Positions 42,111-55,526 are shown, counted from the first letter of the stretch. The stretch is 64,000 nt of DNA from Chrysomallon squamiferum (GCA_012295275.1 CM022667.1:1860001-1924000); one strand, 5' to 3'. Program-made: numbers and translations. Notes: generated by a model not told the origin, from the letters alone.

Positions 42111-42955
42111 CGTATGACTCTGTGTTTTTCGCAAGAATATCAATAACTTTCGCTGTTCAAATTTTATTTTTTTAAATTAGGAATTAAAATGAAACGATTG
42201 CCTAGGGACAGAATCCAATATTTGTTCATGACTTCGTGTTTTTTTTTTTTTTTTCCTGTGCCTTCATTAATTACGTTTATGAAATAAAGTACAGAATCTC
42301 CAAATGCACCGAGGACGTAAAAACGTTTTCACTGAAACAAGAATAATTGATTTATCCCCTTCATTAATACTGCAAATTTAAATCAAAATTTTTTAGAAAA
42401 AAAATAAAAATAAAAAAGTAATAATAAAAAAAAAAGATTCTGTGAAAATGAAATGAATCGATGTGTAAAGATTATTATTATTATTTTTTAAAAATGTTTT
42501 TGTTGTTTTACAAGATATAATTATTCTGTAGAATATCTCATAATCTAGAATTTGATCAATAAAAATCATCAGAAACTATTAATTATAATTAAAACCTGTA
42601 TGGTATGTATTGAATATTGTGTGTGTATGTGTATGTATGTGTTCTTGTATGTGTGAAAGTGCATGTCTGTGTGTGTATGTGTATATGTGCTATATATATA
42701 AATATATATATATATCTATATCTATATATATATATATAGATAGATATATATATGTATGTATGTATGTATGTATATGTATATGCATATATGTGTGGATGTA
42801 TAATATATTTGTGTGTCTTTATTTGACAAACTATAGTTATTTCCCTTGAACTGCTTTTCTTAAGTTTATCCCTCAAACGTAATATTGATTTAATTTATGT
42901 AATTAAATCATTAGTTCATGGAAATAAACCGTCATCATGGAGAGAGAGAGCAACA

Positions 42956-43048
<93 letters not shown>

Positions 43049-43332
43049 TTTCATATTCTATTCATAATTTCCTTAATGTCCTAGACTTTGAAACTAAAAT
43101 TATTTTGGTATGAATTAAATAACACAGAGAAAGAAACAAATGGCGCAATCACACATCTATAATCACACCATACATATATACAAACAAACAAACACATACA
43201 TACATACATACAGAAGCACGGAAACAAAATCACCGCAAGTCACAGGGATTCTATCATGAGTAGTTTGTATTGTTTTGTTCACAATTTTTCTGTGGACTAC
43301 TGCACTTTTAAAACTGAACTGTTTTAAAATAC

Positions 43333-43334
<2 letters not shown>

Positions 43335-43407
<73 letters not shown>
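43335..43407 (+). repeat. 73-nt pure poly(A) tract grading into (AAAAT)n
   Basis: Uninterrupted A run. Confidence 0.97.
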
Positions 43408-43409
<2 letters not shown>

Positions 43410-45662
43410 AAAAAAAAAAAAAATAAAAATAATAAAAAAAAAATAAAATAAAATAAAATAAAACAAAATAAATAAATATCTATATATATATAAATAATAA
43501 ATAATAAAAAAAAAAAAAAAAAAATAAAAAAAATTTAATAATAATAATAAAAATAATAATAAAAATTAAATAAATAAGTAAATAAATAAATAAATAAAAA
43601 TAAAAAAAAAAAACATATAAATAAATACACGTATGTCGGTCAGTTCTTCTGCTCGATGATGACGTAAACACATTTTTATGGCATCAACTTTACGGCTTCA
43701 GTTTTGCTCTCGCAATTAATTCTGGTCATAAAATACTCATTATGTGGCCTGCTTTACGTGACAGTCATTTCACTGTGAAATAAAATATTCATCACTTGTG
43801 AGTTTTGGGTCAAACGAAGATAATGCACAAAAGAAACGTTTACAAAAGATGTCGTTATCAGAACAATGGGCGTATCGTCTTCGTCTCTGTTGTCATGGAT
43901 ACCATCTACAAACGTATTCGATGATTTTACTGTATTTCAGCCTTTGGCTGGACGTGGTTTAGTTTGGGTTTAGGACTGAAGAATATCAAGTTCTAAAAAG
44001 TGTAGAAAATGATTTTTTTTTGTGTGGATGATTCTTTAAGTTGCTGATATGTAAGAATGTCTGGTAGATGATTAAAAATATGTATAATAAAGTTACTGCA
44101 TGATAATAGATTAAAGAAGCAAATTGAAATTTATGATAAAATGGGACGTAATATTTAATTTCAGTTTATCATTATCATCACTGTTATCATCATCATCATA
44201 TTCGCATCACCACCATCATCATCATAATCGTCATCTGCATCATTATCGTCATTATCATCATCATCTTCTTCTTCTTGTGCATCATCATCATCATCATCAT
44301 CATTATCATCATTATCTTCTTCTTGTTCTTCTTTTTTCTTTCTTTTCATCCTCCTTACCATCCTTATAGTCTTCCTCATTTATCATCATCATCTTCTTTT
44401 TCATGTAAAAATACAATCCTTCAGAGTGTACACTTTGAGATTTTTCCTTGCCAGCTTCTTCTTCTTCTCCTCTTCGTTATCAGAAATCCTTGGTATTGAA
44501 TTTGACCCTGTAAGTTAGCGTGTCCTGTAAGCAAGGTTTGTTATAGTCAGACGAAAACTCAATTTTTGTCAGATATCAAGTACAGACAACCATTTCCGTA
44601 CACGAGTTTGGTCGAACGTTAAAGATGAGAAGGGAAGTCAGGTTATTCTGAATGTTGTTGTTGTTCAAAGCTTGTTTTTCATGTAGATGCATCATTGTAT
44701 GGATTCATAATTTTAATGCAGATGGTTCGTTTGGATTTCCACAGTCGTGGGAGTCATATTTTTTTTTTTTTTTTTTTTTTTTAAAGCGACGTTTGTTCAG
44801 TGATGTACAAATTTTATTACTGTATTTTCGTACTGTTATATAAATGACATAATTACAATTTTTATTTATTTATTTATTTTTTTTTTTTTGCATTCAGAAA
44901 GAATAGTTTTGTTTTCAGTATTGTTCGCAGTGTTGTATTTAAACATAGACAGACAGAAGTTTTTTTTGGTTTTCTTTTTTCTTTCTTATTTTATCTTAAT
45001 GATGGTTTAGTTATTTATAATTATTACACGAAAAATCTTCTTGCTAGTTTCATGCTAGTATATAGATGTATAACCTTTGAAAATTAAAATTTAATTTTTT
45101 ACCCTGCCAAATACATCTTTATCGTTGTTATTACTGTTGATATTAATCTATTTCCAAAAGTTGTATTCTTTGTTATTCATAATCCTGGCATTGGTTGGCA
45201 AACATATTAAAAATCACATTTTTAAATTTTCTTCATGCTTAGATCTTTCAATATGATGAAAACTTATTTATATCTTTGATGTCCTGATATTGAACTGATG
45301 GACGCCATTATTTTATTTTTACTCTTTTAAACGTCTTCTATTCTTATTTATAACTTTTTTTTTTTACTCAGTAACCGAGATAAAATTAAAATACGACACA
45401 TAACGTCATTTCCGGTTTCAGACAATCTAAATGCGTCCGGTGGGTCACGATGTTAATTCTGTTACCCAGATATAGAATTAGAGAGTCGTGTACTGCAGTA
45501 ATGTAATACCGTCTACTTTGCCAAGCCATTACTCAGCTTAGCGGTGAAAGCCGCGTGCAAGTCTTTTTAACAAATTCTGTCATGTTTAATATTTTGGGGC
45601 GTCGATGGGATAATTTATTAATACGAGCAACTTAGTGTTGGGGTTACGATGATTGAATACTG

Positions 45663-45735
<73 letters not shown>

Positions 45736-47728
45736 AAAGGCGCGCGCGCACACACACACACATACAAACCATCTTTCTTTATGCCTTATAAATCACGATA
45801 AGTGACAGGCTTGAAATTCAAAGCGTAATTATTTTCAAAATTATGCAACAGCGCCACACACGTAAAATAGAATACAATACGTTAACTTTACATTATTTGG
45901 AATGGAAACCAGTGTCGTCTAAGCGGATTATAATATCAGTGTCGTTACAACGATACAATGCTTTTGTCAAATTTTTCGGAGCAATATATCACTGGTTTGT
46001 GATGCCCATAACTTCTCATTTTCTGAATAAAAGACAAAGAAAGGAACGAATCATTATTTTCTCCAGCATTTTTTCTGAAGAAAGAAAAAAATGTTATTAA
46101 AAATCTTCAGGCAGTGCCGCGTTCTTTAACCTTTTCAAATTTTATTACTTGTTTATAATAAATATATATCTTTGAGTATCATATTACTGTTGTTGTTATA
46201 ACGCCGAATGTTATTAAAAACTCGATATTCTAAATTAAAAACAGTCCTGGGTAAACATTTTTAAGTAAGATATCTACGACTTTGTTCTGTCTGTAAACAA
46301 ATTAATATTTGTCGTAAAACGTTCATTATTCTTCCATTTGAAGTAGGCCAGTCACGGAAGATCTAATTAAATTTGCATTACTGAAGAGCTCACGAGCAAG
46401 CGGAGATAACTCTAAGTGTAGTTACCGTGAAACGGAGGTCGTCTTAGGCTGAATTTCACACATTTATGGAGTTTGATTTTCTCGATCTTTGTATTTTTAA
46501 ATGTTTTATATTTGTTTTGTTTTTCATGTAAAGCCTTAGGTTTTCCGTTTTAGAAAGTTTTTAAATTTTTTTTATATATTTTGTTTTATCTTAGTCTTTT
46601 GTAGTTTAAGAATCACAGGCTTTGTCAAATGAAGTAGAACAGAAATTGATAAAAAAAAAAAAAAAAAAATTGTTCTTTAAATATGCTTTGAAATGATTTT
46701 CTTTCTTTCTTTCTTTTTATTTGTTTACTTTAATTAATCAATTAATTATTATTATTTTATTATTTTATTTATTTATTTATTTATTTTTTATTTTTTGAAT
46801 GTTGTTATATGTTGACGAGTGAATGAATTTTTTATTTTTATTTTTTTTATTTTTTTATTTTTTTAAATTTTAATGGTGTTACTTCCTTGTTGACGAGTAA
46901 ACCTACTTATTTATTTACTTATTCTTTATTTATTCGTTCTTATTTACTTATTCTTTATTTATTCGTTCTTTTTTATTTATTTTTTATTTATTCGTTCTTT
47001 CGTTTATTCTCTGACTTGAACTCATTTTCTACGTCGTTTTCAAAATGGCGTTTCTCTTTCCTTGCACCGAGTCTTCATCAAACAGGACGCGATCTCATCA
47101 CACTGCTTAATGATAGGTTTGTCAAGATATAAAATACAGCATTACATCATCGCACACGATAACGACGTCGCTGTCAGTAACGACTGCAACCTCTGAAGCC
47201 TCAGCGACGATCGATACTCTGCCAATTTTCTCAACAAATTGACAGACATCGTGCTTTCGTCATTTACACGTCACAAACTGTTTCGATGAAAACTTCTTAA
47301 ACTCGAAATGATTCAACCAACTGTTAACTTATTTTCTTCATCTTCTTTTTTTTTTTTTTTTGATAATAAAGATTTATTTTTCACTTGTTAGCATCATCGG
47401 TGATCAAATTTTATTCATTCTGTCGGCAGTTTTTATTGACTGTAACATAACGTTGGAACTGAGACTTTACCATAAACCACGAACACACTTTCGGTTTTTC
47501 GAAACGAGCTAGCGGGGGAAATTGAACTGAGCAGGAAATTGCGGTGGAGCAAGTCCTCCGGCTTTTAGCCGATATCTTTACAGCTGGTGATTGCCTCTGA
47601 TTGCGTCGTCCGTCAGGCAGTCAGGATTTCTCTGCAGATAACTAAACTCGTGTTCCGTCGTCGACCAGAAATGATTAGACTTGTCAGTGGAAGACCGGAG
47701 CAAAGTAAGGTTCCCGTTCAGGAAAAAT

Positions 47729-48615
47729 ATGTGTCCAGTGAAAAAAAAAAAAAAAGCAGCTGTATAATGATGTGTACAGTAAAAAAAAAAAACTAGCAGC
47801 TGTATAATGATGTGTCCAGTAAAAAAAAACAGAAAAAAGAAGATAAACTAGCAGCTGTATGATGATGTGTCCAGTATAAAACCAGAAGATAAACTAGCAG
47901 CTGTATGATGATGTGTCCAGTAAAACAAAAAAGATAAACTATAGCAGCTGTATAATGATGTGTCCAGTAAAACAAAAAGATAAAAAGCAGCTGTAAATGA
48001 AAAAAGATAAACTAGCAGCTGTATAATGATGTGTCCAGTAAAAAAAAGAAGAAAAACTAGAAAATGATGTGTCCAGTAAAAAAGAAGATAAACTAGCAGC
48101 TGTATAATGATGTGTCCAGTAAAAAAAGAAGATAAACTAGCAGCTGTATAATGATGTGTCCAGTAAAAAAAGAAGATAAACTAGCAGCTGTATAATGATG
48201 TGTCCAGTAAAAAAAAAGAAGATAAACTAGCAGCTGTATAATGATGTGTCCAGTAAAAAAAAGAAAAAACTAGCAGCTGTATAATGATGTGTCCAGTAAA
48301 AAAAAAAAGATAAACTAGCAGCTGTATAATGATGTGTCCAGTAAAAAAAAGAAGATAAACTAGCAGCTGTATAATGATGTCTCCAGTAAAAAAAAAGAAG
48401 AAAAGAAGAAAAACTAGCAGCTGTATAATGATGTGTCCAGTAAAAAAAAGAGAAGATAAACTAGCAGCTGTATAATGATGTGTCCAGTTAAAAAAAGAAG
48501 AAAAACTAGCAGCTGTATAATGATGTGTCCAGTTAAAAAAAGAAGATAAACTAGCAGCTGTATAATGATGTGTCCAGTTAAAAAAAAGAGAAGATAAACT
48601 AGCAGCTGTATAATG
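47729..48615. repeat. ~45-bp minisatellite, about 20 units: AAACTAGCAGCTGTATAATGATGTGTCCAGT-A(n)-GAAGAT
   Basis: CTAGCAGC recurs at 48093, 48137, 48181, 48227, 48270, 48315, 48360, 48414, 48461, 48506, 48551 and 48599 (periods 43-54). The core is near-invariant and length variation is mostly in the A-rich linker. Confidence 0.97.
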
Positions 48616-48766
48616 TCGGGTTTTCTGATGTTCTCTGACAAGCATGTCCTCAGTTAGACGTACAGAATGTATCAGTGTTTTCCTCTGTTATTTCTGATAT
48701 ACGTTTTCTTTACCCAGCTGTGTATAATGACGGGTTTTCTGACAAGAAGAACAAGAATCATTTTCA

Positions 48767-48797
<31 letters not shown>

Positions 48798-49648
48798 GCA
48801 GGATTAGACGTATACAGAAAGAATCAGTCTTTTCTTTTCTCTGTTTTTTTTTTTTCTTCTGAAACAGACGTTCTTCATTCAAATAGGCGTGTCTGTTTAG
48901 AGATAATGACATTTTCTTTTTGTGTGTTTATATAATCTAAAAGATGTGTGAATGTTTGGCCAGTGTACATATTTGGTGATTTTTTAATGTTTTAATTTTG
49001 TAATTTCTTTTAAAAAAAAAATTTTTTCGGTTATAGAAATGTGATATAGCAGAAAATCTTTTTCTTTTTTTTTTCTTCCCATTTAGGCCATCATGTACAA
49101 ATTTCTGTGGAAAACATATTCTTTTGTTTTCTTGTTTCACTATATCAAACAGCGTATACGTCTGTATAAAATATAAGATTTTATATCTCTGTCTCTGTTA
49201 CGTTAATTTATTCAGCAAGTTCAAAAGTTCTTCGTGTCCAGTTCACTGAAAGAAACATTTGTCTTCAGAAAATAATGTTATGTTATTCTCTATTGTTTAA
49301 AATCGTAATCATATGTGGTTCATATTGTGTGTGCACAGAAAGGCATACTTTAAATCTAAGCATCCAGCTATAACTGTCTCTACATTCTTTAATTCATAAG
49401 ACTTATTTAAATATGTCGTGATTCCATTACTGTTATAATTATGTAAGAATTTGAGGAAGCGACATTCACAAAGAGAAGCAGACGACAGATATATTTACAC
49501 ATGTCAGAACACAAAACATTCGAAGTGTCATGACGTCATTAGCCATTCCCTGCATTATTCGACGTTTAGCCCAAAATTATAAATTTTATTAACATCTGCA
49601 GAATATTGTGTTTGTGTACCTGTGTGTGCGTGTGTGCGTATGTATGTA

Positions 49649-49681
<33 letters not shown>

Positions 49682-50033
49682 GTTTGTGTGTGTGTATGTG
49701 AGTATGTGACAGGATCCTGGTGTTAATTTTATGACGTCTTTCGAATCTCAGTCATCGCGTCTTTTGAAACTATGTCGTGACGTCATTCGTCTATTACGTT
49801 ATAATTATAACACATTTTCAGGATTCGGGAGCTAGAGAGAGATGCAAACATTATATATCAGTAAATTACAAATGTCATGACACAATCAGACAAGTGCTGT
49901 TTATTTAACAGCTACAATATTAAGACAAATTTTCTGGAATTAAGATATACAAAGAGATACACGCCATAATTCTTATACATATATAAAAAAGAAAAAAGAG
50001 AAAGAAGAAAAGATGAGACACAGATTGAAAGAA

Positions 50034-50035
<2 letters not shown>

Positions 50036-50111
<76 letters not shown>
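50036..50111. repeat. (TA)n microsatellite
   Basis: Perfect run. Confidence 0.98.
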
Positions 50112-50113
<2 letters not shown>

Positions 50114-50474
50114 ATCCAGTCAAAATGTCATAACTTAACTCAACTACTAAGTTATGACGTCATTCGCCTATTATATCATATTTCAGTACGACAGATTTCC
50201 AGAGGCGTCACCGGAATATTTTTTTATGTATCGCTACACGTATGTAACAATGCGTTTTGACAGTTAATCGATACGATGTGGTTAAATATAAATATCTCGC
50301 GAGATGGCGCTAAGAATACGAGAAAAGATGAGGCATCCACGCATAGCGAGTGATCTGAAGTTTCGCGTGTTGACGTATATTGACTCGCTGGTAATTTGAT
50401 AAAATTGTGTATGTATAATCGAGTTTTGGCAAACAAGAGTTGTCTGACCTGACCGTCAGGGGTAACCTCGTAAT

Positions 50475-50511
<37 letters not shown>

Positions 50512-51077
50512 CCCCGTTATTGCATTTTCTTGTTGTTTTTTTCTTTCAATCTTTGTGTCTTTTCTTCTTCTTTTATGTCTTTCTTTCAATCTTTGTGTCT
50601 TGTCTTTCTTTCAGCTGTCTCATCTTTTCTTCTTTCTCTCTTTTTTCTTCTTTCCTTCTTTCCTTCCTTTCTTTCATTCTTTTATAAGAGTCTTTAAAAC
50701 AAATATATTTAACTGTTTGCTTTTTCATCGATCTAAGTAATATTCTTTGTTGTTGTCTGTTTGTTATTTTATCTCTTATTATATCTTAAAAAAACATTTT
50801 AAGTAATTTTCAGATTTTGTTTCTGTTGTTGTTGTTGTGTTCATTTTATTATTATTATTGTTGTTACTGTTACTACTACAGTTACTGCCACCACCGCCAC
50901 CACTACTACTATAACTACCAGTGCTGCTGCTGCTGTTGTTGTTGTTATTATAATCATAATAATAATAATAATAATTATTATTATTATCATCATTGTCATA
51001 CTAATTTTTCTTTCTGTGTCATCCTGGATTTTTTAAAATACAACATTTCATAATTTAGGGTTATTTCCCTGTTTTTA

Positions 51078-51131
<54 letters not shown>

Positions 51132-52050
51132 TATTTTTTATTATTTTTTACTGTATTTGTTTTCCTTTAGGATTTTTTCTATTCAAGTTTCTAACTACAA
51201 ATTTAATTCTGTTATATTTACATTGCTCTTTCTGACTGGAATTAATATCTGTCGAAATTTTTATTTTTTATTATTATTTTTTTTTAACATTTAGAAAGAA
51301 AAATATATTTTTTTCTTCTTTATTTCATAAAATGAATATTCCTTTATTTTCCATAGCAATTTCGTCTTTCTTTCACTCCGTTAATTAATTAGTGGGTCAC
51401 TAATGCGTGAACGAACAATTAATTAACAAATCAGTCGTGAACAGTCAATATATAAATCATTCATTCATCTCTTTCATTTTTTCGTTCATTTTTTATCTTT
51501 CATTGCTATGCAACAGAACAAGTGAACAAAGCTCTTCGTAAAGAGAAAAAATATTAGAACTGATTCATTTTTTCATTAATGTATTCTTTCTTTCATTTAT
51601 TCGTCCCTTTCCTTCCTTCTTCATTTTTTTGTCTCATTTTTTGTGTGTGTGTGTGTGTTTGTTATTAAACAAATATATATTGATAATAATATCTTTCAGT
51701 AATTTTTTCTTAAATAATAGAAGAAAAAAAAATAATTCGATCATTTATGGTTTTTATTTCCTTCTTCATTCTTAACAGAAAAATTAAATTATGATTCATT
51801 AAAGTTCGTCCTTCATTTCTTCCTTTGTTTATATAATCATTTATTCATCCCTTCTTTCATTCATCCCTTTCTTTCCTTCCATCTTCAGCTCCAGTCTTTG
51901 ATTCAGCTATTATATTTATTATTATTATTATTGTTGTTGTTGTTGTTATTATTATTATTGTTATTGTTATTATTATTATTGTTGTTGTTATTATTGTAAT
52001 TATTATTATTGTTACTGTTATTATTATTATTATTATTTCTTCTTCTTCTT

Positions 52051-52081
<31 letters not shown>

Positions 52082-54041
52082 TTATTATTATTATTATCAT
52101 CATCACCAGCATCATCATCATCATTTCTTTTTTATATTTCCAACTACAAATCTTAATTCCATTTAATTTTTTTCGCCCGATCTATCAAATCGTCTAGTGT
52201 GTTCTGATTTTTATTTAAAAAAAAACAAAAAAACCCAGTGACTGCTACTAATTTGCATCAGAGATAAAGCAAACCGCTGGCAGCTGCCAAACACACACGG
52301 TGCTCTCTGATACGTCCGCTTAACTAACCCAGCTCGAAAACAGCACGTTAATTTAACGTGTTATTTAGAAGCTTTGAATTCACGTGGAAAAACGACTCTT
52401 CGAGCTTTGCGAACGAATTTGCTGTTATCTGCTGTAGAGATGGCCTTGATGCTCTCGTTTTTAATAAACATTGTAATCTTTAAAAGCTAGATGAAATTGT
52501 CTTAGGTTATGAATTTAATTAAAGATTTACAGTTTTATCTTGCTAGAATATAGTTTTAATCTTTTTTTTTTTTTTTTTTTTTTTTGTAGTTTTTTTTTTT
52601 CTATATTTTGCAGTTTGTGTTGTGTAACAAGTAAAATAATAATTAGTGTTTTGTTATAATGAGTTCTTTTTTTTAACGAAATTCACTCATTCACAAGAAT
52701 TCAGTAATTAAATTAGAGTAATTGTTTAAAATATATATTACGTTATGTACGTTTTTAACACACACACACACACACACCCCAAAAATATAAATATGTGTGT
52801 GTGTGTGTGTGTGTGTTGCTTGTATACGCCAGATAAATATATATATTTTTGAAACATTTCTCTGTAACATGAGATGTAATTATTTTTACATTTATAAAAT
52901 ATAAAAAAACTGTAGTCAAACGTACGCTTATAAACGGCTGTAGATACTGAACCTTAAAGCTTAACAACCTAAACTGTAAATAAATTTATTAGGCAAAATT
53001 ACAGTACAACCAGCGATTTGAGAAAGTTATGTTTTCACAGACACAATACAAACACACACATACCGACCAACGCACATAAAGACTGCATGCGCCCACCCAC
53101 ACATTCATACAGTACGTGTTCACATTCAAACACAACACAGCACTCACATACTCACTCATACACAGACACACACACAACACACACACACGCACAAGTATAT
53201 GTCACACCCTAAGACAAATAAAAACACGTTATATTTAACTATATGACTGCATGCGCATGGTAGATGTATCTTTTTTTTTTTTTTTTTTTTAAAAACCTTT
53301 TAAAAAATCCATAAAACCAGACTTCAATAGCCTAAAGGAAATAAAATAATAAGAAAAGTACTTAATTAGAAAATACATAAAACATTACATACAAAAAATT
53401 CAAAAAAAAAAAAAAATAACTGCTGAAGAAGTAGCCATCTTGAATATAGTAATTTTAAGATTCCTACTGATACGCACACAGTCGCACGCACATATAAGCA
53501 CACACACACAAAAATCACATACACAAAGACACACACACACGCGCATCCTTGCATTTAACAGGTTTTTTCTTCACAAGGAGTACGGAATCATTACAGAAGT
53601 GTATAAATTAGATGAAAACAGTCTAAATCAAAATGCTTGTTAAGAGATTTTCTTTTTTCTTTTTCTTTTCTTTTCACAGAAACAAGATGGTGTACAGACC
53701 TTGTACTGTCACAATTAATTCTTGATATCGTTATTAAAACATTATCAAGGCAATAGTAGGCTTATTCCTAAGCTTACTGTACAGTTTTGATATCAGAGTT
53801 TAATTCGAATAAAAGACAGAACCCACAACATATAACACTTTAATGTTTTAACAATTCAGTTCTGAAGTAATATTAGAATATATTACGTTTTATGGACCTT
53901 TATTTAGTTTAACGTGTTAAAGTGGTTGTAGTAAGTTACCTATTCCCAGGTAACAATTAACAGTAACTACTAATATTATAACCTCTTTAACAGCCTGAGT
54001 TTTTATCCAGTACAAATCTAGAATTAGTGTGCTAGACGCAG

Positions 54042-54070
54042 TGACGTCAGGATTTAACAAAATGGCGGCG
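54042..54070. promoter_or_regulatory. Adjacent CRE (TGACGTCA) and YY1-type (AAAATGGCGGC) motifs
   Basis: GTGACGTCAGGATTTAACAAAATGGCGGCG; consensus matches only, with no functional evidence. Confidence 0.3.
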
Positions 54071-54428
54071 TTCACATACTTTTTTCATGCTGAATTTTGC
54101 TGTTGTTATACTTTATTATTAATTAAGATTAGGCGACAAAAACAACAATTCAAAAAGAAAAAAAAGATAATTAATAAGTAATTTAAAAAATTAATAATAC
54201 AAAATAAATACAAAGAAAATAAATAAATAAACAAATAAACAAAAACAAAAAAAAAAACAAAAAAAGAGAGAAAAAACTGAAAAAACCCCAAAGAAATCAC
54301 ACGAAAAAGTAAATTAAAATATAATAATGAATAGATAACATAAATTAATTAAACCGAAGAAAACTACATGATACAGTTCTTTTGAAATAACACTCATTAT
54401 AAATAATAATCATAAAGGTAATATATAT

Positions 54429-54488
<60 letters not shown>

Positions 54489-54693
54489 ACATTATATGCA
54501 TTAAATATTGCTGAACGTACGTTGTCAAACTAATTAACTTTGAAAAAACGAGAAAGAAAATACACTCCGTATGTCTTTGTTATTCTGTTGCTATGGTTAC
54601 GTATCTCTGCAGAATAACAGTAGTAACGTTTCTAAGGGGTATTTCTAATGATCGTTCTTGATACAGGGAAAAGATGTTAAGATTTTCTGTCAG

Positions 54694-54738
54694 GAATTAG
54701 CAGCGAACCGAGATGAGGAACACGAAATTTTCTTCAAG
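54694..54738 (+). CDS. Candidate 45-nt internal coding exon (ELAANRDEEHEIFFK), product unknown
   Basis: Acceptor TTTTCTGTCAG| and strong donor AAG|GTAAGA. Length is divisible by 3 and only the phase-0 frame is open. An alternative in-frame acceptor at 54667 gives 72 nt. No homology recognised. Confidence 0.25.
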
Positions 54739-54789
54739 GTAAGAGTTAGGATCGTAGAACAAGATAAAAAGAACCATTCGTTAATTATT

Positions 54790-54824
<35 letters not shown>

Positions 54825-55430
54825 TTTGTGTATTTGTTTGTTTTATGCTTGTTTTTTTATTTAATATATTGATCGTGTTCATTAAAATACAATGAATGGG
54901 CTTTTTTGAAACGTTATTTACGTTTTATTGTCATCTTAGACTAGTGCTATTTGACTAATATAATTACCATTGTTATTGCTGGTGCTATTTCTACGACTAC
55001 TACTTCCACTACTACTACCACTTCTGCTACTGCTACTACTTCTGCTGTTGCTGCCGTTACTGCAATTATTACTACTATAATCACTAGTACTGGTGCTACT
55101 GTTATTGCTACTATTACTGCTACTGCTTTTACTTTTACTGCTACTATAATGTCATCAATAACTCTTTTACTACTGTTAATACTACTATCACCACTACTAG
55201 TTCTCCCGTATTATTAGTATTATTAGTTCGAAATGTATATGGGTCCATCCATCCAGCCAGCCATCCATCCATGTATATATACATACATACATACATACAT
55301 ACATATATTCATACATACATACGTACACACATACATACATATTAACAGATTTCAATTTTATAAATCAAGAAAAACCTACTTAAGAAAAAGAGAGAAAGAT
55401 AGAAAGATAGATAGATAGACAGATAGATAG

Positions 55431-55448
55431 AAAGAGAGAGAGACAGAG

Positions 55449-55526
<78 letters not shown>
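55431..55526. repeat. (AG)n microsatellite
   Basis: Directly visible. Confidence 0.97.

Noticed and set aside
47729-48615. CRISPR array
   Set aside because: The spacers are short, mutually homologous A-rich linkers rather than unique sequences. There are no cas genes and the context is eukaryotic.
48181-48645. Repetitive minus-strand ORFs (WTHHYTAAS / TGHIIIQLLV units)
   Set aside because: The frame switches between units because A-run lengths vary, so there is no sign of selection on a reading frame.
53660-53726. Acceptor TTTTCACAG followed by AACAAGATGG as a coding start
   Set aside because: The frame closes after about 12 codons with no good donor, and the pyrimidine tract is a (CTTTT)n repeat.
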